Positions 1 to 10,000 of a stretch of 64,000 nucleotides of DNA are shown here, piece after piece. The stretch comes from Bugula neritina (Eukaryota; Animalia; Bryozoa): the NCBI GenBank assembly GCA_964035545.1, contig OZ037766.1, positions 11,150,722 through 11,214,721 of the forward strand. Reading direction: 5' to 3'. Position 1 is the first letter of the stretch. Each line of letters starts with the position of its first letter. The notes under the pieces were generated by a model. The model saw only the letters and a program-made list of their open reading frames with translations, was not told the origin of the DNA and ran no database searches. The position numbers and the translations under genes were made by a program.

Positions 1-1606
1 GCCTGTATAGCTACATTAACATAATATGCATAATATTAAGCAGAACTCAGTTTAGCTGCTATAATTGTTATGAGGGCTGCTCATACAAATGTCTCCAATG
101 GGCACCAGGTCTTATTGCCAAATGTTTTTATGTAAGATTGGAATTAGAATTTATGTAAGATTCAGATTAGAAAGAGAAATAAGTAGGCTGTTGTTGCTAA
201 AATAGGTATGTATGGACATGATTATAATATTTCTAACATGTGTTGAAATCATAGTTTATAGGCTTCTTACTATGCAGCTGTCATTAAATTGGTTACCTCG
301 CTTGACTGAGTGTGATTCAATATGTAGTGGGATTGAGCAAGAATAGTCAATATGAAATAATTTAGCTGTATGAGACAATCACACGAATGAACGTGTTCTA
401 AACTGCTAGTTTCCAACATGTGTAGAATGATGTGTAGCCAATTTAAGGCACTCTGTGTGAAAAAGTTGCTTTATTGTCTATAGCTTTTGTTTGTACTCAG
501 TTTCTGGGCCTAATAGTAACACTAACAGAAAATTTTATAAAGATATCAAACACTTCAAGTTGATGTCTTTAGTATATGAAATGCCCAAAATAGTAGCCTA
601 TAACTGTGGCATAACGTTGAATATTACTGACTCTCTAGACTCTTTCAACTTCAAGTGTTCTCGTATGATAACTTCACTTCAATATTTTCCTACCTTAGAC
701 ATTGACACATTAACAGTAAAACACTACACAATGTCGCTGTCATTTATATTATATATTAATATAACAATAATAACCGTTATAATTAATCAGCAATATTGTG
801 ATTATTATGTTAGTGTTACCTGCTAAAAGAGTATAATCATACCACTGCTGGCAGACGTAGAATGAGAATCTTCTGCTGTAGATAATCTTGATTCATTTCA
901 CAGAAGTATAGCACACCACAAACTTATCATAAATACTGGTAAGAAAAAACAAACGGGTTACTTATTTCATGAAGCTTACAATAGAAACAAAATCTACAAT
1001 AGTACAAAACTAACCAAAATATTATATTAAAGTATTCGACATGCACTGCTATTGTACCAACCACGCAGCAGTCAAGTTCTAGTATACGTTAGCCGCTAGC
1101 GTGCCGTGTTTGAGTCATACATTACCCGTGGAGTTATCTGGCATGGTATCACAGGTTTTCAATTATTAAGAGGATAACTCTATGTTTGAAACTATGGCAC
1201 AGAATAAGGGAAGTATTACGGACTATGATGGTTAGATCTCTCATCCACTGAATTGAAACTATAACTATAGTTCAATGTCTCTCATCAGTGTTAAATAGCC
1301 ATGCGCCAGCTTATGATTTAAAGAAAGTACAACTCTAGTTTTCTCTAAATGGCAACACAGACAAGGCAATAAATACCAGCTACAGCTGTGAAATAATTTT
1401 TATTGGTTTAGAACTGTTTTACTAGCTTTTACATAACTAGAAAAATCTTGATACCACTTTTCATGACAGATTAGTCGATTAGATAGTGAAACAACATAAA
1501 GAAAACTTAGCACACTTATTTGTATATAAATACTAAAAAATCCAAATACAATTAGAAACATACAACCAAATGGTGTTTCAGGCAGTTTCTTTATGCAAGA
1601 TCAAAA

Positions 1607-4600
1607 TTACTTATTGTCAAGTTGACCTTTCAGGCGATCTAGCTTCATTTGTTTTCGTTTCAATTCCTCACTGAGCCTATTGATTTCAGACTGCTGGTGG
1701 TGAACTTCATCTTCAATGTGGTCATGTAAAGCCTTTATTTGTTGAGCTTGCTACAGTGTAAAACATAAATTCACATGTATATAATGTAACTTTCTGAGTC
1801 AATGCCCTTCTGGAAGATATCGAACCATCAAATATAGAGGGGCATGGGGCAGAGATAGCTTCTTGCGACATCTTGTAAATACTTTAAATGAGCTTTTATT
1901 TTAAATAATCCAACAGAGTTTTGATTTTTTCTCTTATTTTTGTTCATTCCTACTTATTATAGCCAGTATTTACACTGAATTTTGCAACGTGTTGTCATGT
2001 TTGTGATATGTAATAAATCAATCAATCAAGTCGTAGGCCTAGAATAGTGGAAAATTTACAACAGATATAATGTGAAATTCAAGCAAGATAGTTCTAAACC
2101 GAACATGATAGTTCGATAATTTCTAAAGTTTAATATTAATGAAATATGAATCATAAATGAAAGCATCAATACCTAGCTTACTCGTTTCAGCATAACCAGA
2201 TTTTAATAAAATATGATAGTTTAAATATCCACTACATATACACCAAATATTTGCTATAATTAAAAAAAATTCAACATCTTAAACTAAGTTTGTCTTGAGA
2301 AAATCAATCTTATTGAGCATTGATTAATAAAAACACTCCTTATGGTTTCTTTAACTGAGACTTTCTAATCTAACAAAAAATTGCAAAGTACACACCAACA
2401 TATTTATCCAGCAGTTTTGAACAAGAATAGCAAAAATACAAACTACTGAAAATGCTCAGTTTGCCGTCTATTTGAAGGTTTTCCTATTAATAACCAGGGG
2501 GCATACTAAAGAGTTGAGAGGACAACTTCACTATAAGAAAACTGACCCTATCTCTAACAGTAATTAGCTGCCATATTAAACTCATGGAAATATAACCGTC
2601 TAAATTTTGAAAAATCTTCTTGATTCCAAAAACTAACGATTGGGTGCTGTCTGAACATTGTCTATATGAGAGCAGATGCAACGTATTAAATACTGTTTTG
2701 TGTTGATAAAATAATGAGTGTACTAAATTGCCCTCTTCCTTTCAAAAGTAGCCTGACAAATGCAAAAACCATAACCATAGATAAAAAGGTAAACCTAAAG
2801 CTTCACATTTCTCACTGATATTTTATATTAAAACTAGTTGGATATGTTGCAACTGATATTTCGACCAATACTAAAAATATATGTTATTAAATTATGTGCT
2901 CAGGATATTGCCAAGAGGTAATTAATACTACATTCAAAATGACTAAATCATGTTCTTATTTTAGCAGATTTCCAACTGATAGTCTAAAGATAGTATTTTA
3001 TTGCTAACTACTCAACATATTTGCACTTTTACAGCTCTTGGCAAGCATTTTCTATGTCAAAGGTTTGTATTTCTTTTAGATCGCATGTAAAAGAAGCGAA
3101 TAGATACCAGTTTTCTAAAATATTCCTCTTCTCTTGCTGCTTCCATCTCACCAAAAGCACCTCCAGCGGTTCTAATAGACCCACCACCTCCACCTCCCTG
3201 CATAAAAGGTATTGCTGTCTTGAACGCTTAACACAGAGTAACATATACCTATAGAGTAGCAAGTCTTAATACTATATAAGAAAACTGAATCCCTACTTTT
3301 CAACATTACATATATATAAACTCTGCATATAATATGATTGCTACGACTGAAAGGTCATATTTAACATTCCTTGAAAGAATATGAGTACCAGGACTACTGG
3401 AGTATTTAATCTCATTTATTCTAAAAATTATAAGATATAATAAAATGACTAGTTTAGGATATATGCAAATTGAAAGCAAATTTTTGACTCTGCACATGGC
3501 TTGCAGGTCATTAATAAACCTTGACACAGGCACACATTTTGTTATTATTTACCTTGCCTTGTCCAGAACCAACATTCCCAGAAGTCACTGCCCGAACTGT
3601 CTGATAAGCTAAGCTTAAAACAAAACAAATAAAATATTATACACAAAGGAAAATTGATGTACATAGAGCTACTGGTTAAATTTAAATGCAAAATAAAAAA
3701 TAATTACCAACCAAACAGCCGAATCAAAAATTAAACAACCCAAGTGGCAAACTCTACTTCTGCGCCTAATGCAATTTGATCAAGATGATGGTTGAAATAC
3801 CTTAATTTGAAGTGTTGCTTTGAATTTCAATAGATTTATACACGCTAAAACTCCAAAATCCAAATCCATGATACAATATGCCTAACTAACCACACTGCAC
3901 CAGTACACCATACTTAAAAGTAGGTACCATGTATATTTTACAATAAAAATATCAAAATTGAGAAAAAATTTATTCTACTATGATTCTAACTAAGTACAAA
4001 TTTATAAATTTCTGAGATTTCTAATAAAATTTTTAATAAGTTTTTAATCATTTTCATAGTGAAAAACACAAGCTGAGATAACGTATGCTCTTGCAGTTAA
4101 TGTTACGCTTTAAGCTCAAAGTGAATATAAATTTAGCTGTAAATGATTAGTAGAAGGTTATGAATTTGTTCAGAGTATAGACAGCTTAATTTATTAGGTA
4201 GCTAGTTTGCTTGCTAAAATTATTTAAAAAAATATTGCAGTTGCAGGTGTCTAGGTAGGTGAAGTGCTAAACCAAATGCTTATAATATATAATTTATATC
4301 AGCCTTGGTAACTATAGCTAAATATATTTATAACGAAAATTTAGACATTTTGGAGAGCATTTCTCAATTTTGCAAAAAAAAATTTATTTTACCATCATGA
4401 TTATGTTTTTATTATATTATAAATTCAAAATATATTAGCCTAAGGTAAATAAAATGCACTGCTTATATTTCGAAGTGAGTTTGCCCAAAACTTGAACTGT
4501 TTTAGCTTGGAAGCTTATTAGTATGTAGCCTAAGGCTAATACACCAATTCTGTAAATTAGTAATTGGCAAAACTAAATAATGTTGCATTTGGAATACGAA

Positions 4601-5800
4601 TTAATAATATCATCATCATCACCATGATCAATGATCAAACATAAAATATACATTTATTTACAAAAAAATTATTAAACCTAAGGTTTCAAATCCCAATAGT
4701 TATACTTATAGTTATAATTTATTATATTTTAATTTAAGCATAGTCATGCTCATATTGCAATTCACCACGATGAAGGATGCAGGACAGAGGTACAAGTGTG
4801 AATTGGCAGAGCCTGGGATAATGGAGAGAGCTGACCAGGTATTATGTGACAAGAAAATAGAGGTGCTTATTTACAAGACAGTGCTATTGTATGGAGCAAA
4901 ACATGGCTATTGAATTTGACCAAGTGGCTGTGAGTGAGTGATTGACAGATCGAGATTACCTTGCGGAAAAATTTAGTGTATGTGAGACGAGAATGCTGGG
5001 TTACTGCCTGAGATATAGTCTTGAAGAGCACAAAACCAACGAGAGCATAAGGCAAGAAGCGAATGTCACGAATGTGTTAGAACTAATGAGAAGGTTGCAG
5101 TGGTTTGGACATATATGCAGAAGAGAGAAAGAAGATGACATCAAAATAATACTTGAGACAGAGATGAAAGTTAAAGGAAAGAGAAATAGGGGACTCCCAA
5201 AGCATAGATGGCAGGACACAATCACCATCAGGAAAGACCTCTAATCACTAATGAATAGGACGCCCAGGACGGACAGTGTTTACCTCTGATTACCTCTGTT
5301 AAGTGGAGAAGCCTAATTGTAATTGAGCTAGGCCTCCAGAGTCACCCGCTACTCGAACAGGACAGTCAGTGTCACAGCGCGGAGATAGGGGAGGATCAAG
5401 ATAGGATAGCCTAAGTCACACTCATACTCCATGATTATGATACTCATAGTCATACTCATAGTGATAGCGAATCAGAAAGTGATACTCATACTGATAGTGA
5501 TACTTACTGTCATACTCGTACTGATGTTGATACTCATATTGATACTCATAGTCATACAAATAAAATCATAAGTCTAAGACTTAGACTAAGTCATACTGAT
5601 ACTCATATTCACATTAATACTCTTACTCTTACTCTTAGTCTTAGTGATCCTGATAGTCATACTCATAGTGATAGCATAAAATTAAAAGTTTAGTCAATTA
5701 TTATATTTATACAACATAAGCAAAAAATTTAACACTAACAACTAATTGCATAAAATTCAGCTTACCTTTGTAATTTAAAAGTATGCTTTAGCATTGCCAT
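1607..5800 (-). CDS. ATP5IF1: Mitochondrial F1Fo-ATPase inhibitor IF1, 4 coding exons (5800-5766, 3613-3553, 3197-3108, 1750-1607), 109 aa
   Basis: Splicing at GT-AG gives MAMLKHTFKLQSLAYQTVRAVTSGNVGSGQGKGGGGGGSIRTAGGAFGEMEAAREEEYFRKLQAQQIKALHDHIEDEVHHQQSEINRLSEELKRKQMKLDRLKGQLDNK*. It contains the IF1 signature GSIRxAGGAFGxxEAAREExYFR and a His-containing coiled coil. Not in the ORF track because the exons are short. Confidence 0.93.
4760..5330 (+). mobile_element. Decayed RTE-clade LINE 3' fragment in ATP5IF1 intron 1
   Basis: ORF 4942-5244 reads ETRMLGYCLRYSLEEHKTNESIRQEANV...RRLQWFGHICRR...GKRNRGLPKHRWQDTI, the typical RTE ORF2 C-terminus. Frameshifted upstream; boundaries approximate. 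Confidence 0.8.
5420..5680. repeat. Degenerate hexamer array (ATACTC/ATAGTC/ATAGTG)n
   Basis: Directly visible: gatactcatagtcatactcatagtgata...; related arrays recur elsewhere in the window (see findings). Confidence 0.85.
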
Positions 5801-6462
5801 TACGATTTTTAAAATACTTTAGTATTTTGTGCAAGAGGAGTGATTAAGCAATACTCAGTGCCGGCGTCACGGAGCCTTCAATTTCAACCGGATAAACTAT
5901 AGAGTTATGGGTAACTGTAGCCTTGTAACCAGAAATACTACCACTGGTAATAACTAATAACTCAGTGTGATTAGAAATTTATTTTCATCGAACTCAATAG
6001 CTCAGTGGTTATTTTTATTAGAAAATAGCTATAAATTTCAAGTATAAACTTATTGTTTTATTTAATTATATTAACATTGTGCATTTGCAGCTTTGCTCTA
6101 AATGTATGTTTTATTTTAGTTATTATTTGTAATGCAGGCTAAGAATTATGAAAATTGCTTCAAGTAGCACCAAGTTACTGTTAGTGTTAGAAGTGATTGA
6201 GTGCGGTGGCTTGGGTGTCTCTAGTTTTAAGTTTGGAGTTCGGACGACGAAGTGTATAGTTCTAGAAGTAGATTCTAGAATCTATTCGAATCGAAATTGT
6301 TTTGTTTAAAAATGAATTGCTGAATCATTATGACCTTTTAGTTTTATTATAATTAAATAGTTTTTAATCTAATCTGATCTAATCTAATCTAATCCGTCTA
6401 ATCTCCAATAGTAATTCTGATAGTCTTAAACAGTAGCCTAGAGACATCAGTCATCACGATAT

Positions 6463-6872
6463 TGTTGTGATTTTGTGGATTATAAGAATAGACTAGTAGT
6501 CTGCATGCCAGTTATTGTGATAGAAATAAAGAGTCTTGATTAAAATGAATCTATGAGTATTTATTACTTCTGACTGCTTCGAGCTCCAGTACAAGAATGA
6601 ATTGCTTTGGAAAAACTTCGCACTTATATAGGGGGAAATTCCCGCCACTTAATGAGGGACCGAAACTCGTGCGAACGTCGGAGTTCCGCCGACCGACATC
6701 GGAGGAAGACCTGCCCGATCTCGGGCAGGCCCCTCCGATATCGTGTCTTCGGCCTCCGACTTCGCACGAGTCTCGGTTTACATATAATAATAATAAAAAA
6801 AAAGAAACGAGTGCGAGGGAATATAACTCTAAATAAAACAAGGACATGGTATATTTGCGCGAATCTACAACA
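6463..6872 (-). repeat. 3' LTR (410 bp)
   Basis: Identical to 13916-14325 except G6818 versus A14271. On the - strand there is TATATAAG at 6630-6623 and AATAAA at 6565-6560. Confidence 0.97.
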
Positions 6873-6884
6873 CACACCCCCTAT
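6873..6884 (-). other. Polypurine tract (plus-strand primer)
   Basis: The - strand reads ...ATAGGGGGTGTG immediately abutting the TG of the 3' LTR. Confidence 0.75.
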
Positions 6885-7040
6885 TGGAAAGTATCGCTTT
6901 CCGATACAAAAAAAACAAATATACAAAATAAAAAAAACAATATCTAGGGGTGCACAAGTTTACAAAGAAAAATAAAGAAAATATAAAGGTAATAAAGGTT
7001 TGAGCAGGCTGATTGTCATGAGTAGTGGTAGAGTAGCCTT

Positions 7041-10000
7041 TCAGTTGCGACGGTCACCTCTGCGGCCCTCGAGCCTGTCCAGGCGGCGGCGAACAGCGTG
7101 GAGGTCATCCTCCAGCCGGCGTACCTGCCGGCGCAGCCGGAGAACCTCAGTCTCATGGGGGCATCGTGCTGGCACTGCTGGGGTAGGGGTGGAACCCGGG
7201 ATCCTAGGGTCCTGGCGCCTCCGTCTCTTGTGGCCGGCTACCTGCTGGGCTCTCTCTCCATTCCCGTCGACCCTAGCCAACACAACCCGGAGAGGTCGGG
7301 TGACAGCTGGCTGGGCCGCAGGTGGTGCCTCGTCGTCAGTAGCATCCTGTGTTGGGCGGCATGCCGGAAATCCCTGGGCGAGTGTCGCCCGTTTATGGGG
7401 GTCGCCGATGTGAGGGAGAATCAAGTCCCGGAATTCGGGAAATGTCGCCTCGTCGACAACAAACACCTGACCCGTGTGGTAGCGGGCTATGCGCTGGTGC
7501 CTCAGCACGTAATCTCTTTGAAAAGAGAATTCGCCACACGGGCAGAAGACGTTGGCATAATGTTGGGGCACGTGCACCCGCAGTCGCCTGGTAGTAGTAA
7601 ACCTTTTACTACACTGGCGGCACTTGCGGTTGCCGGCCTCTCCACAGTCCTGCTCTATCCTAGCACGGGTCTCTGCCGTGGTCCAGTGGAGGCGCTCCGT
7701 CAAGATGTGGGGGAGAGCTAGCTGCTGGTAAGGAGGCTCGTCCTTCAACTGAGGGCCCTCACCGGACGGGGAGCCGTCGGTTGGAGGGGGGGTACCTGCT
7801 TCCGGCTGGGTGGTGAGCGTAGGCTCTGGTGCTGGAACCTCGAGCGGGCTGGTAACAGCCGGGTCGGGAACTGTGGTGGCCGGGGAGTCGATACGACTCG
7901 ACCCGACCTCCTCACATTCCATGGCTTCTGCAATAGAAAACAGAGAGCTTGGTGACCTGGCCGTAGGAGTGCCGAATTTCGGCATCTCCTTGTAAGGCAC
8001 TCTTTGACACATGGGTAGGTCAGGTGATAGCCGAAGAGACACCCGTCCAACCTCCTGGTCTAGCAGGTAGTCGTGGACTGGGGACTCTTCTAAATCGTCC
8101 TGACCTTTGTGATCAAAGAACAGCTCATTTTCCCACTGATAGTCGGGTGAAAATGAGTCTAGAGAGCTACTACACTCCGTGAAGGGAGGTTTTAGTAAGC
8201 TAGAAATACCTGATATCGTAGCGAGCTGGGTTTGTTTAACTGTCACAGGCTCCATATCTGTCAAATTTTTCAAATTGAGTTTAAAATAGCGTGCTGTATC
8301 GTTCAAAGTTGAAGTGCAAATGGCCGAGTTTTGATTTTTAATTTTAAAACTCGTGCGATCGCCGATCACGTGACTGGTCAAGTGGTCAATTAAATTAGAC
8401 AACTCCGGGTGTCGGGCCGCCTCCGAATTTCGGTCTCGATTTTCTTGGGTAGTCAGTGTGTTTATGGTTGATCTGAGGTGACAGTCTGAATTCGAGTCCA
8501 GTTGGGGGTAATGATTCGAAGGGTGAAGTTCAGTCATGCACCCCACGTGATAATCAGCCAAATAACCCGGTGGTTTCTTGTCTCTTTTCCCTCTCCCCAG
8601 AGTGAGGTTGGTAGGGTTGCTTGGTTGATGTGGGGTGTCTGGTGGAGGCGGTATATCGTCTGGGACAGGCGTCGGCGGCAAGGGGAGGTCCTCTGGGGCC
8701 GGTGTTAGCGAGGTGGGTGTCTCTGGTTGGTTGGTCTGGCTGGGTAAATCATGGGTGTGTAGAGCGGGTGGCAGGCTCCGTGGGGGGGCGTCGGAGGTGT
8801 CTTGGACTTCTCTGGGGTCACGAACAATTATTTCCCACTCTCGGGGTTGATTCCTCCTCCCACAGGAGATGGGCTGTCGTGCTGGTTCCAGCAGTGGTGG
8901 TGCCTGTCCCGCGGCTTCCGGGCTTCCGTGGTAAGGTTTCAACCGCTGCTCGTTCTGAACAGATATCTGTCCTGAGCGTTCCACACGATATGTATGGTTT
9001 GGTAAAACCTCTACCACGCAATAGGGCCCGACGAACTTAGGCTGTAATTTAGCCGATTGTCCGCGCCGCCTGCGGTAGCTGACCATCCACACCCAGTCTC
9101 CTTCGCGATACAGAGGCGGTTCCTCGGAATCTTCTGTTCGTACCAGCCACTGTTTCTCTCTCAGTGCGTCATGAGCTTTCTTCATGGTTTCGACTAACTT
9201 TCCCACGTACTCATGTACTGGGAATTCTGGGTTAGGAATGTGGTACGCGAGGTGTTCTGGTACCCTGGTTTCTCGGCCCAACATCATCAGATTCGGTGTT
9301 TCCTGTGTGCTGGAGTGGGGGGTGCTTCGGTAGGCTCGCATAATCTGTGGTAGCATGACGTCCCACTCCTCTTGACTCCTTCCCAACAAGAGGCTCCGGA
9401 GAGCATCACCCAACATCCGGTTGTTTCTCTCTACTACTCCGTTCCCTTGGGGGTGGTACGGAGTAGTCCGGCTTTGATTCACCCCCCATACTTGGCAAAG
9501 GTCCTTCAATAGTTGCGACTGAAATTGTGCCCCTTGGTCAGTGTGAATCTGCTCGGGTAGGCCGAAGTAGCAGAACACGTGCTGGTCCAGGACCCGAGCT
9601 ATCGTGGGTGCTGATGCGTCGGGGATAGCCAGGGCGTCTGCCCACCGCGTGAAATGATCTGTTAAGACCAGAATCCAGGAATTCCCCCTCTCTGTCGTGG
9701 GCATTGGTCCCACAAGGTCCACGGCTACGACCTGCCAGGGTCGGCCGGCGTACAGCCGGCGCCGACCCGTGGTTTCGGTGGGGCGCCCGTGTTTGCTGGC
9801 CTGACAGACTTCACAGTGCCGAATTCTCAGTCGCACATCCCTGGTCATCCCGGGCCAATACCATCGCATCTGCAGGCATCTGATGACCTGACTGGCTCCC
9901 GCATGGGCCTGTTTGTGGGTGTCCCAGATGATTTCCCGACGGAGAGCGCGTGGGCATATGACGCGATCCCTTTCTTGTTGCCGGTTGTCTGCTGCGAGTG

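Noticed and set aside
491-1150. 111-aa ORF and a possible - strand exon near 843-935
   Set aside because: No recognisable protein, and I could not join the exon to a consistent downstream exon.
6551-6975. Several 80-120 aa ORFs in the LTR (and their twins at 14004-14410)
   Set aside because: They are by-products of the GC-rich palindrome in the LTR, run across the LTR boundaries and show no recognisable domains.
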